From NCBI RefSeq assembly GCF_001194135.2, contig NC_068986.1, positions 294,394-358,393 on the forward strand: a DNA stretch of 64,000 bases, given 5' to 3'. This DNA is from Octopus bimaculoides (lineage: Eukaryota). Every line of letters starts with the position of its first letter. The first letter of the stretch is position 1. The notes beneath the pieces were generated by a model. That model was not told where the DNA came from, searched no databases, and saw nothing but the letters and a program-made list of their open reading frames with translations. Position numbers and translations under genes: made by a program. Below, piece by piece: positions 13,039-25,729 of the stretch.

Positions 13039-14715
13039 TATGTATGTATATATGTATGCGTGCGTGTGTGTCTGTATTCCTTCTTACGGAGACCCAAACG
13101 TAAGTATACCATTATTTCATTGATAATCGGTGTCTTTCAATAATTCCTGCATTTGTCATGTCTCATCGTCAAACATTTGAGAAACACGTCAAAAGAATTT
13201 CTTGTAATTAACCTCATATTTTGTATTTTGCATTCAGATGGAAATAAAAAGAAAGACGTTAGGAGTCTGCTGATATCATTATCTTTCCTTAGTATTGTAT
13301 AGAATAACCTACCAGTGGTAAAGATAGTGTAAATATTTCGATGCAAATTTGTTTATACCAATAGAATCATATTACGACGAGATGATGATAACGTATTTCT
13401 TACAGGCTTCATTATCATCAATTACTCCATTATAAAGTGTGAAATATTTCGTTCATAACCTATCACCAGTAAGGTGATAGAGATAGCTTCATTTACCTTC
13501 TTATTTATTTCTTTTTGCATGTTTTGTCGATTTACTTTTTCACATCAAAATATCAGAATATAATTATTTTATGTGTCGTGAAACTAAATACATAATTATC
13601 TGGTAAATGTTTCTTTTACTCTTATTTTTTTTTCATTAAAACAATGCGACCAAATAATTTATCGTTGACTATAACTATTACTTCGTCTGACTTTAAATTT
13701 CTACAATTAGATTTATCCGTATTTATAGTTTCATATCAATTCCTATTTGTCCAAATATTGTTATTAATTCGTTTTCTAATGCCGATTGTATAATAACGTT
13801 GCCGATATAATTTCATTTTCTGGAATATAAATGATTTCGATAGAAATTAATAGTATTATCATTGATGTTTTATCTGGATGAGTAAATCATATACGATAGA
13901 GAGAGAAACGATTTCGATTCTTTTTGCTATGTAGCTGGCTCGTTTACAATTCTGAATTATGTTTTTCTGCGGTCAAATTTATCTTTCACCCTGGTTGGTA
14001 TCGATAGAACGATTTCCAATGATTTACATTTGCATATAACGTATACCATTGATCGATAACTTTCTGCTCGTAGTATAAACATATTGTTTTGAAAGTCACT
14101 CATCTTTTTTTTATTGAATATATCAAAGATACAGTGAATATTCCATACATTTTAGATAGACATAAATTTTACAACAATAAAATAGAACGAAAAGAATGGT
14201 AATGATAAATCAAAAGGTGGAATGACGTCTACTCGAACCCCGCACTCCAGTTAACGTCATTGAACGTTTTTAGAAAAAAAAGATTGACACGTGTTATTTT
14301 AATTTTGTCTCTTTCTCCTTGTTGTGTGTTGCTTGTTTTATATACTTTGTGGACGATTGAAATGCGTGAAGTGGGAGTTGGCCAGTGTCAATACAAAATT
14401 TTATATTCATTTCCTTTTTCCATTACCGGATGATAAACAACACATATTTACGTTTCCATTGCTGGATGATAATTATCGCAGAAGCTGCAAGGTAAGACAT
14501 AAAATTCTTTGTCTCTCTGTAATAATTATTGTGGCATTTACTGTTAAATTAGCAGTTCCATACATGTGCTATTTCGTTCATTTGCTTATATTTCATAAAT
14601 TTACACAGCATACAAAAATACCGACATAATATATATTTACAATTGCTTACAAAAATAGAGATTAATGTATATTTTTTCTATGTTCATAATTTTTTGTTTA
14701 CAATATTGAAAAAAT

Positions 14716-15041
14716 ATGCCACCAAAGAAAAGATGTAATCCGTCCAGAAACACGTATAAAGCGAGGACGATTACAGAAAACAAAGGCGAGTGTCTCGACA
14801 GAGAAAGGAGACGAGACCTTCTCAAGGTCAGCAGATGCATGCCGCTGCACGTCAGTCTCAGGAGAGAAGGGAGATGAAATTTTCCCAATATCAGCTAAGG
14901 CATGCTGTAATACTTAATGCTGAATCATTAGAACAACGTTTAACGCCAGATTAGACGGAGGTCCAATACAATAGCTCTCAGAAATAGATCACATGCAAAC
15001 TCGCTCTTCGCAACACAAGGAGCTGCTTTCAGATATGATCC
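14716..15041 (+). mobile_element. Probable Helitron RepHel N-terminal remnant (frameshifted), truncated by gap
   Basis: Across frameshifts: MPPKKRCNPSRNTYKAR / QQMHAAARQSQERREMKFSQYQLRHAVILNAESLEQRL / RRSNTIALRNRSHANSLFATQGAAFRYDP. The R/E/Q-rich start ending in AAF.YDP resembles the region before the zinc finger in animal Helitron RepHel proteins (recognised from memory, not searched). Confidence 0.65.
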
Positions 15042-15616
15042 NNNNNNNNNNNNNNNNNNNNNNNNNNNNNNNNNNNNNNNNNNNNNNNNNNNNNNNNNNN
15101 NNNNNNNNNNNNNNNNNNNNNNNNNNNNNNNNNNNNNNNNNNNNNNNNNNNNNNNNNNNNNNNNNNNNNNNNNNNNNNNNNNNNNNNNNNNNNNNNNNNN
15201 NNNNNNNNNNNNNNNNNNNNNNNNNNNNNNNNNNNNNNNNNNNNNNNNNNNNNNNNNNNNNNNNNNNNNNNNNNNNNNNNNNNNNNNNNNNNNNNNNNNN
15301 NNNNNNNNNNNNNNNNNNNNNNNNNNNNNNNNNNNNNNNNNNNNNNNNNNNNNNNNNNNNNNNNNNNNNNNNNNNNNNNNNNNNNNNNNNNNNNNNNNNN
15401 NNNNNNNNNNNNNNNNNNNNNNNNNNNNNNNNNNNNNNNNNNNNNNNNNNNNNNNNNNNNNNNNNNNNNNNNNNNNNNNNNNNNNNNNNNNNNNNNNNNN
15501 NNNNNNNNNNNNNNNNNNNNNNNNNNNNNNNNNNNNNNNNNNNNNNNNNNNNNNNNNNNNNNNNNNNNNNNNNNNNNNNNNNNNNNNNNNNNNNNNNNNN
15601 NNNNNNNNNNNNNNNN

Positions 15617-15683
<67 letters not shown>

Positions 15684-16718
15684 TTGATATAAATAAAAAC
15701 ATTTTAAATGTTCGTAATTCTTCTCTTTGACATGGTTACACTTATTCACTTTTATTCAGTCTGAACTTCATTTTTGACTCTCTTGCTTTCGAGTCTTTAG
15801 AATCATATTTTTCCCATACTTCTAGTTCATCGAGTTAAGGTTCGCTTTCATAAAGAAGTGGACTCATCATTGCAATCGATTATAGTATTCTGATAATATT
15901 TTATTGATGCCAGACGGATAGAAATTACTGTTGTTTTTATAGAGATTTCACCTCGAATGGGCCCAGTATCGTATTAAATTGATACCGTAAAGCAGTTTGT
16001 ACACAAAACTTCTCATCAGACCATCGCCACCACTTTGCACAGTATAATATGAGTAATACACAGGAAATAACTTAGCATTTTTGTAACATATAGTAATATT
16101 TATACACATATATTTTCATATATATAACATGTATTTCCATGCATGTACAGCGTGATATATTTCCTTAATTTAATGAGTTTAATATGAAAATAGATATATT
16201 CAGACTTATTTCAAACTAATATAGAAATAGAAAGAGGACTTCGAAGTAAGAACGGCATCGGCCTGTCAATTGTTTGAGATTTACATCCTTGTGCTTAAAA
16301 ATATTTAAAAACCAGACTCCATAGTTTACATGTATTTTGAATATATATACAAAAGAGAAACTTCCGTCCATATTTGGAAACTCGCTTTTACATAAGGTAT
16401 TTTGTGTTGCATCCACATCTAAGGTTTATTAAAACGATAAAATATGTAAGAGTTTATTTGTATAGAAAATTATCGCATTTGCAATATATGTGTGTGTGCA
16501 TGCGTGTGTGTGCATGCGTGTGTGTGCGCGCGCGTTATATGCGCACGCGTCTGTATGTGCGTTTGTGTGTTCACCCACACATGCATATATATATGCACAC
16601 ATACATATTTATGTATATATATATATATGGGAGAATATACAAAAAATAACAACAGACGAGGACAGGTGGTGTAAATAACAAAAGTATATATTAGTATGAC
16701 GCTCGGGAATACGGAAAG

Positions 16719-16755
16719 TCTTTGACGTTTCGAGCTACGCTCTTCAACAGAAAGA
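16719..16755 (-). ncRNA. Minimal type I hammerhead-ribozyme-like motif, variant core
   Basis: UCUUU-CUGUUGA-A-GAGC-GUA-GCUC-GAAA-C-GUC-AAAGA: perfect 5-bp stem I, 4-bp stem II, palindromic ACGU stem III and GUC site. Core position 6 is U rather than A. Confidence 0.55.
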
Positions 16756-18120
16756 ATACGGAGACAAGGAGAAAAACACGGAGAAAAATATATATAATTA
16801 ACTAATTTACGATATATGGTATATAATATACGTGGTGCCATAGCTTTTTGTGGAAATTTACATGACCGTGTAGTACCCCCCCCCCCACACCTCTTGACTG
16901 ATTTATAGCATCTGACAAGAGAAACCGCGATGCTCAGATTTTCATACTAACATAGTGTTATTTTGAAGAGGGCTTACGCAAAAGAACCATTTTAGAACAA
17001 GAGAAATATGTATACGACTTCAGATATAATTAACCCATTGGCTTTACGGTGCATTATGCAAATGTCTCTAAATTCTAAATATCGTTAGCAGTGACTATCT
17101 CACAGATATGATTTGATTTGAAGAAATGAGTGCTCAACTTAATCCGACTTTATCCTATTTGTTATTCTCTGTTGATATTTTAACTACGTTTAGGTTGCAA
17201 TCAACTCCATTTGTTCATTTCTCCAGACAGATAACTGCATTCTTAAGTCTGTAACTATGAATCAGCAACACAATTGTGTATTTATTATCGATAATCAGTA
17301 AGCCATATATTCCACTTTCCAATGTCTGATCTTCCTTCTCCGACTAAGAGGTAAAAGTATATTCGCGTAGGAGAGTTTTTTTATAATTTGGATCGTATTA
17401 GTACTTGCCAAAGATTTATTCTAGATAGCTAGGTAGTTACTTCACAAACACACACACACACACACACACAAACAAAGGGACATACGCACAGACAAGCACT
17501 CATATATAGACGCCGGTATATATACACAAGCACATATATACATATACTCTCATATACGCACTCTCCTACATAAATATAATTGTGTGTTAGTAAATGGTCC
17601 CATTTCCTCATAGCTAAAATTTATGAAATTAAATAACCGTATCTCATCCTTATTCTGTTTCGTTCTTCCAGACTGAGAGAGTGGAACAAAATGGCATTAG
17701 GCTATCTAAGTCTGATGAGTATTTTTGATTGGGTATACTGTTGGTAAATTGACTGAACAGGTGATTGGCCGTGTTGTCAATAACATCCGTTTTTTAACAG
17801 ACATCTGCTGGTGGATCTACTTTAGTCCTGCAGCTGGTACAAGGATTGGATGATGGTTATCCACGTGGTAGAGCATGACGTCAGTAAGACGTTCTTTTCG
17901 TCAGGCTACAAGTGTTGATACTGCTTTCTAGTGAGTCATCTCAAAAGGAAGTTTGCTATACGGCGGTTAATAAAGGGACTTTCAGACATACAAGCGAAAT
18001 ATCTACGTTCTTGGAGGAATGAAATGCAGGTATTCTATGTCAGCATTAACAACGATGGAAACTAAAATGCAATACACTATCTAAATTTGACGGATATTTG
18101 TCCTCATCTTGTTTGTTGTT

Positions 18121-18166
18121 AACACAACGTTTCGGCTGATATACCCTCCAGCCTTCATCAGGTGTC
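18121..18166 (-). ncRNA. Minimal type I hammerhead ribozyme motif
   Basis: GACAC-CUGAUGA-A-GGCUG-GAGGGUAUAU-CAGCC-GAAA-C-GUU-GUGUU: full CUGAUGA/GAAA core, 5-bp stem II, stem I of 4 WC pairs plus 1 GU, palindromic ACGU stem III and GUU cleavage triplet. Confidence 0.75.
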
Positions 18167-18221
18167 TTGAGGAAATTTCGAACCTGGGTTCTCATTCCTA
18201 AGGTATTTTTCGATATTGCTG

Positions 18222-18261
<40 letters not shown>

Positions 18262-18331
18262 CCAAGTCAATCCTGGGAATCGAACTTGGAATCTTGGGGT
18301 TAGTAGCCCGTGCTCTTAACCACTACGCCAT
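18262..18331 (-). mobile_element. tRNA-derived SINE head fragment
   Basis: Reverse complement tggcgtagtggttaagagcacgggctactaaccccaagattccaagttcgattcccagg contains A-box and B-box motifs but no intact cloverleaf. Confidence 0.65.
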
Positions 18332-18599
18332 ATGTAATTCCCCATCTCTTAAATATAGAACTATAAAATGTAATAGTCATAAAATAAAGGCCTTAGTTAT
18401 GAAAGGCAAATGCACCGCGTAAAGGATGATACACTAAACGCTTTGTTGTGAGGGAATAATCCGATTAACCAGCACACAGTTACAACAGGTTCGAACCACG
18501 TTTGACGTAGGCATGTATAAAAGAAATTGCGTATTACACCAACACATGAACAAAAAGATCATTTATTTTTACTGGGTCTGGAGGAAAGGGATGTCCCCA

Positions 18600-19010
18600 A
18601 CGCATTCTCATGCTCCACCACCTCCTTCAACGGAGAGATTGATGCCATTCATGCTTCGTTTGAACCTCTTGAAAAGACAGCCCCTGTGTGAAGACATGAA
18701 CTGAGGCTCGAATTCCAGAAGACCAAGGTTCTGGGAAGGAAGGATGGGATGTATTGAATTTTGCGGGATTTGTGACATTGCACACAAGGAGAGACGAGTG
18801 GGGGTCGGGAATAACTGATGGAAATGTCATGTACTCGGTCAGCTCCAAGGGGCCGACACGATTCGAGTAGCCGTAGAAAAGGCAAAATCAAAAGGGAGAT
18901 GGCCTTTGAATTTTAGGGGTTGCAAATCAATGGGGTTGCTCTTTTCTGGATGATGTCTAGGTTGTCTGTATTTACAGCATCACCATCCCTGGTGTGGAAA
19001 CCCTAACCCA
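18600..19010 (-). mobile_element. Jockey/CR1-like LINE 3' end remnant
   Basis: Frameshifted ...CHKSRKIQYIPSFLPRTLVFWNS / VHVFTQG / KRFKRSMNGINL resembles the RT..Y..SF.PRT..LWNSLP..VFP C-terminal motif. Confidence 0.65.
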
Positions 19011-19289
19011 ATATGGGCTTCACTTTAGTACACAGATACGCACGCACACATATGCATATCTACATTTACATGTGTGTGTATGTGTGGAAGTGTGTGAATG
19101 CATATATGTATGTGTATATTGATATCTATATGTGTATATATACGTGTGTGTGTATGCATACCAGTATAATTTTTAATCATCCTCAAGACAACTAGTAGAA
19201 TTGGAATTCTTTCATTCTGTTCTAAATTCCCACAATCTGGTTATTCCTTTTTCCAGAACTTAAAATTTCGATAATTTCTCCTCTCCTTC

Positions 19290-20110
19290 GGAGACATATT
19301 TTCACCTATTGGAGCAGATACTTCTGTCAGGAGGAGGATCTCTTGGTCATCTTTGACAACATTCAGTCAAATTGTTTTGATTTCCATCAGCATAGATTGA
19401 CATGACCTGTATTACGATTGTCCAGACGAACCATCTTCCTCTTCCTCAGAAACCCACGCCTTGCCGGTTGAGAAAGTCAAGAGAAGTCCATTGCAGGAGA
19501 CTGTGTCGATGAAAACCGGAGAAGGTGATCCCAAACAGAAAGCTAGAAGATTCATCGGGATATTAGAATGCCTATCAATAAGCCACAGCTTACAACTCGA
19601 ACCAGAAACCATATAACGAAAAGCAAAAACCACAACCGAAGCCCCAAAGGAAAAAACGAAATCAAGAGCAAGAACAACAGCAACAATAGCAGCGACACCA
19701 ACAGTCAAACACAATGAATTCTCCCCTTCAACTTTCTTTTTGTGTGAAGAGACAAGTCCGACTTGATGGAAGAAATAATAAGGTAGAAGACGGTATTCAC
19801 CAAAGCGGGAAGGCCATGTCAAACCGATCTGGAACAAATCCTGCTATTGGCCGAGTCCTCTTTATGTAACGCGCTACCACCTTATCTAGCAAAGGAAAGG
19901 AGTTATGTTTCCTATGACTGGTGGCTATTACGAAAATGTTGATATGATGGGTGAGTTTGAAAATGTTGATATGACTGCGTCTGCGGTCAATCTCTCATTG
20001 ATTTCTTCAAGTGTAACTTGAAGTGGAGAGTGAGGATGGAGATGTAGATGAAATTTCTACATTTTAATGAAAGACGGCTGCAAGGGACGGAACTCCTTCC
20101 CCGCTCTCTC
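19290..20110 (+). mobile_element. Highly decayed L1/Tx1-like remnant (possible ORF1 piece plus ORF2 C-terminus)
   Basis: 19995-20060 reads IDFFKCNLKWRVRMEM, similar to FFTFHLKKKVWLEK at 26.2 kb. The upstream part has a possible zinc-knuckle remnant (GSLGHL) and a K/T/E-rich low-complexity frame. Confidence 0.4.
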
Positions 20111-23100
20111 TGTGAAAGATGAATTACTGAATTCTGCCTGGAAACTGGAGTCGATGAAGGGTAACTCTTGGGAATGCATCGTAGTCGTGGTTTAAGTTTC
20201 CTTAAATATTCCAAATGCTCGACTTGATGGTTTGTTTGCTTACAACTTCTATCATAAATTTTTAATTGTTTTTCGTGTTGAGTCACAGTTTTGTCCTTCC
20301 GATGTTACGTTACATATGTACACACTGACAAGTTTGTTTGTCTAAGTGAGCTCCATGAGAGCCAATAAAGAAAGGGTCTTCTTCTTCTTCTTCTTCTTCT
20401 TCTCCTTCTTCTAGTTGTTGTTGAAATATATACATCCTCAATCATTTATCACATTCTTGAAACGAGCGCAATCCCATTAAATGTATAGCTGTGTCTTTCG
20501 CAGGAATATTGTTTACAATTCCTCAACTCCACAGCATTTATTATTCAGTTTCACTTTTCTTTTCGTTTTGTACTGAGAAGAAAATGTTTATTCGTATTAT
20601 TCAATCCGAAAGAACTTTATTTATATTCATTTAAACTAAATATCATGTTTGTTTACTTTAGATGACAAAATCACCGACGAAATGAGTGCCATTTTCTTTT
20701 ACTCTCGGTTTCCCATAATGCTTTTCTCTTTTCCAATATCCCTGTTGTAATTGACGTCAAAAGCGTATTGTCCGACATATTATGTTTTATCAAAAAGAAA
20801 AAAAAATATTACTTTCTTCACATTCCAAATGAATAACAATTTGAAATTACATTTTCTATTTGCTTACCAAAAAAAAAAAAAAGTAATGATGATGATGACG
20901 ACGACAAGAACAACAATAATGATAATAAAGAAACGAATAAATAAACTTAATCTGCTTAATTTTATTTAGCTTAATATCAAAACGATATGTTATGGAATTC
21001 CGGAAAGAAAATTGTTGTCATACAGTGACAAACAGTTGTCAAAGTAATTAATTTTTACAGCATGTATTTACTTGGATGTATATTCGTTTCAGATGTGCTT
21101 ATATTTGATCTTGTCCGGGTGATATTGAGTTTTAAACATGTAGCTCATTTTTAGAAGTAACTTGTTTTAAAAGTAGTATTATTTATTCTTAACCAATAGT
21201 CAAAGGCTCTACTACACTCCGTTTGGCTGACCCAAAACTGAAAACAGGTTGCACTATAAAAATATCCTGCAAAAGTTGCTACTTAGTCAAAGCAGGTTTG
21301 TAATATATCATCCACCCAACTTACACTATATGATATTCTTAAATATCGCTGTATTTGCAATTAAATCGTTTTGAAATCTTGTAGAAACTCTTAAATCAGT
21401 CACCTCGAGATATTTTACAATAGCCACAGGCAGATAGCATCAATATAGATATCCTTTTTTTTAAATTTTAAACCCGAAGAAGAGTTTAAAGAACAGGTTT
21501 ATAATAGAAGACATTAATTATTTCTTGCTTGTTTTCTGCTACAATAATTCGAGGTAAGATGAAATATAAGGAGTTGATTGAACGTTTACCATGTGATATA
21601 CCTTTGAAAATAAATTTGTTAAAATGTTAATGAAATGTTGTCCCTACCTCAATGTAATGCAGAACCATTTTGGCTATTAGCTTAATATTTCAACTGTGAA
21701 ATAACAAAGAAGCATAACAATGTCAGAAAAATAAGATAATGCCCCTGAGTGTGAGCATGAATTACTGATATTTAATATCGATAAAGATACACGACAGAAT
21801 ACAGCAAATACATTTGAAAGACGTGATGTATCAATCCTTATTTGTCAAGAATGCCTGTGTGTATAATTTCATAAGCGTTACTTGATGTAAAGAACTATAA
21901 TACATTGTTACTTTCTTTCTGTATCCTTTTTGCAGTTACCGTGGAGATGATATTTCTTATTAACTCTTCTTAATTGTCCATGCTATCATTTTGCTCCAAA
22001 TTTTACTTTCTATTCATCAATTTTTTTTTACATCGTTTTTATATAGAGCCTTGAGAATAATTATTTAATGATATATTTCGTCCACAAATTCCTTGAGATT
22101 TTTCTGTCGATATATACAATTATTTTATAATATCATTCGTTAATTAACAAGACAACATGACAGATAATAAAACAGGCATTATATTATTAGTAATTGGTTC
22201 ATATTAACTTTTTTGTCTTCCTTTGGCGTTTTACAAATCTTGTTTTTAATGGGGTTTTTTCTCACCAAAGATATCGATATTTTCCTTCGTGATATACATT
22301 CTCCGTGAAATAAACAAAATGTTCCATGCCATTTCTAAGCAATTTACCTCTATTACATTGCTGAATAGATTCCGAAAATTCTAAATTCCATTTAATCCGT
22401 TCTGATAAATTGGATTAATATGCAGCAGATGGTTTGAAAGAAAATATGCGTTTTATCATATTTATCGGAATAAATCAACGATATATAAACTATAAATCAA
22501 CTATAATAAACTTGTGAAATTCCGGTTTATCTTTCAGAATATTTAATGCAGGTAGATATGTATACCCTCTCTGTCCTTTAGAGTGTATTTTTATTCGAAT
22601 CTTTTTTTCAATCTCCGAAAAAAATCACACAAATTTACAAGGGTAGCGAAGCCACATATAGAGAAGATTATTGGTATTTTATAAACAAAATTTTGCATGC
22701 TTCTGTGATGACATATGATAATTAAAGTGGTGTGGTAAAAGCTAGACCAAAGGAAGCTTTCTGGATGGTTATGTGAATCATGCTTGTACTATGTAAAAGG
22801 AAAGTATTTGAAAACGTGAAGCTAAGATCTTCCTCATTGCAGTATCTGACTAGTCTATTACAGTCAACAGGTCGTGCATTTATAATTTGTAAAATAGTGA
22901 AAAACATGAACATTATATCCACACACACTCTCTGTTCTCTAATGGCTACCTTCTGGAATAAACTACTGTCAATCCAACAGAAATATTTTGACTAATGTTA
23001 GCTACCTGACCGAAAGAAATCAGTAAACTATGTCAGTAGTTGGTGAATGTGTGCTTTAAATTGCATATTGTCGGAACAACCATTATTCGACAAATACTGC

Positions 23101-23619
23101 AATGAATATTATCAACAAAAAAATTCAAGAAATCTTGCTAAAGTATCCATTAGAAATTTGGCGATATTTCCCATACAGGTGTTTGAAAAGTTGGATGACT
23201 TTCAAGGAAGTATTGATATTTATACTAAAAGAAGTTCTCTGTCCAAAACCTAAAAATAAACCAAGGCTAATTTAATGAAAATTATGAAACTGTTCAACGA
23301 GTAGTATAAAATGAAAAAATAGATAATAATTTTTAATTGACTAGACATCCAATTGTTCACTTGACTTCATATTAAAATACAAATATAAATGCAACGTAAA
23401 ATGTATAATGAATAATGAGGCAGTAAATGAAGAGTTGCACAGTTACACACAGACTGCGAATTCCCAAAGAAATTGTTGGCTAATTCTTTGAAACCTGTTT
23501 GACGGCATTCAGACTGTATCTCTTAAATTTCACTACATTGAATTCAGAGTTTCAACGGTGTGAAGTAAATTCTACAATATATTTTATTCGACACTCTTCT
23601 AATTCACCAGTCTTCATAA

Positions 23620-24520
23620 TACCATTTCTACTATAGACACCACGCCTGAAGTTTGGAATAGTCGATTATATCGACCCAGTGATCAACTGGTACTTATTTC
23701 ACCAACCCCGAAAGGATGAAAGGTAAAGTTGACCTCGGCGGAATTTGAACTCAGAACGTAAAGACAGACAAAATTCCGTTCAAAGTTCAGATTTTGCCGA
23801 AGTCTGCTGGCGATCGATGAAATAAGTGCCAGTTGAGCACTTGGGTCTATATAATCGACTAGCCCCCACCCCGTCCCTGAAACTCTTGGCCTTGTGCCAA
23901 AATTTGAAACCAATATAACCGAATGTTGAATTTGAATTCATAAATTACAGACGGACAAAAATACCGCTAAACATTTTGTCCGACCTGCTAAAGTATGTGC
24001 TAGTTCACTACCTTACTCAGCCATCATAATATCATCAGCAATATCTATTTCATTATTGCCCACAGGGGGCTACACATGGAGGAGACAAACAAGAACAGAC
24101 AAAGGGATTAAGCCGATTACATCGACCCCAGTGCGTAACTGGTACTTATTTAATCGACCCCGAAAGGATGAAAGGCAAAGTCGACCTCGGCGGTAGTTGA
24201 ACTCAGAATTTAACGGCAGACGAAATACCTGTATTTCGCCCGGCGTGCTACCGATTCTACCAGCTCGCCGCCCCATATCATCAGGAATATCACCGAGTGG
24301 TGAGTGGGTAAGCTGGCAGTATCGTTAGCACGCCGGACTAAATGCCGAGCGGCATTTCGTCCGTCCTTATTTTCTGAGTTGAAATTCCACCGAGGTTAAC
24401 TTTGCCTTTCACCATTTCGGAGTCGGTAAAATAAATACCAGTTTATCATTGGGATAGATGTAATCGACTATCGCCCTCCCCTGCAATTGTTGGCTGAGTG
24501 TCAACATTTGAAATCAATGT
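23620..24520. mobile_element. Cluster of five SINE family A copies in mixed orientation
   Basis: Approximately 23620-23800 (-), 23770-23920 (+), 23940-24010 (-), 24046-24274 (-, with TSD) and 24305-24520 (+). Confidence 0.85.
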
Positions 24521-25618
24521 TAACGAATGGTGTCACAAAATACTATGTCAACCAACAAGATGTTAAGCTGGAGAAAGTACAAAATTACTTGAAATTGTTC
24601 ATCTTTCCTACAATACTAAATGTAAAAAAAATAAATACTGTATATGTTGTGATGTATCGATTCTCTTTCGAAATACATTAAGAAGTGAAGAAAGATTTCT
24701 TTATATGAAAAGGTCAATTAGAAAAACAAACAATTTGGGACTGAAAAGTCTAATGACCTTTCGGAAAGTAATGATATTTGTTGGATTAATTGAATTTTTA
24801 AAACTCTCGCACTTAACACTGTCGTTATTTAATTAATTATTTTCGTTCTATTTCTTGAGTTATTCTTATCTGTGACGACGTTTTTCCTTTCCTTTCTAAT
24901 GCTTAGTTTTATATCTCCATTTGCAATACAATCACTAACTAAGCTACGAGCAAATCTTATATTTTGCGTTAAAATTATCGTCGAAAATGTAAACTAATGA
25001 AAAGCATTTTGATCTACTGCAACGTGTATAATATACAAATATTTAATAATTGTCAAAACAGCTTTTATCAGTATACTTAAGTGTAATAAAGTAGCAATAA
25101 AATCTACATTTTTCTTTTCATTCTGGATTACTTTGCACAAATATCCGTATCCAGAGTAAAATTGTGACAAATAAATTTTTTTAAAGCTGTTTAACGTACT
25201 GATTTTCAATTGATCTTAAAATGTTAATATAGTAATTTGTTCACATTAATAGTTATTGTTGCTGTTTTAAATAGTGAACAAATTATACTGTTTAGTATTC
25301 AATAATTATAACAAATTTTCAGTGCAGAGTGAGGCTTAATTTAATGGGCATAACCAAATATGTAAAATGTTTCTTCCTTCGTATAAACTACATATTTCAG
25401 AAAATAGTTCGGAAGTAGAATAAATTGGCCTACTATAAGGAAATAGACGAGCCATTGCTTCAAGTACTCTGACCCCACTCTACCGCAATGTCAAACTTTT
25501 CTTCCCATTCATCAACTTTATATTCACTAATTATTGACACAAACCATCACTACTTACCTCAGATGGTCTTTATATATTTTTCATAAATCAGTATATATTT
25601 CTGTATTTTCTTTTGCAG

Positions 25619-25705
25619 TTAGCACCCCTTTCGTAGAAATTAAAAATATTAATGATCAAAAGGAAATTCATGTTAGCTACGGTCATGAATTTGGATTAAA
25701 AAAAT
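25619..25705 (+). CDS. Candidate internal exon (phase 1-1) of an unidentified gene
   Basis: Strong acceptor ctgtattttcttttgcag, donor t|gtaaga, 87 nt, open: STPFVEIKNINDQKEIHVSYGHEFGLKK. No homology recognised. Confidence 0.35.
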
Positions 25706-25729
25706 GTAAGATGTAACACATGCGTTTCT

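Noticed and set aside
14637-14888. Minus ORF with an apparent transmembrane segment
   Set aside because: It is the antisense of the purine-rich Helitron-like frame.
16724-18125. Idea that the two hammerheads form a cis heterodimer releasing a 1.4-kb RNA
   Set aside because: Double-hammerhead formation needs cross-compatible stem I arms; GACAC/GUGUU and UCUUU/AAAGA are not interchangeable.
13238-20751. Two acceptor-led frames ending in hydrophobic C-termini (13238 DGNKKKDVRSLLISLSFLSIV*; 20662 DDKITDEMSAIFFYSRFPIMLFSFPISLL*), suggesting GPI-anchor terminal exons
   Set aside because: T-rich DNA yields such peptides by chance, and there is no similarity between the two or to upstream exons.
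23100-23250. Recurring S.F[ST][IL]N-like peptide motif in minus frames at 23.2, 38.1, 50.9 and 62.0 kb, hinting at a tandem gene family
   Set aside because: The peptides do not align beyond 5-6 residues built from AT-rich codons.
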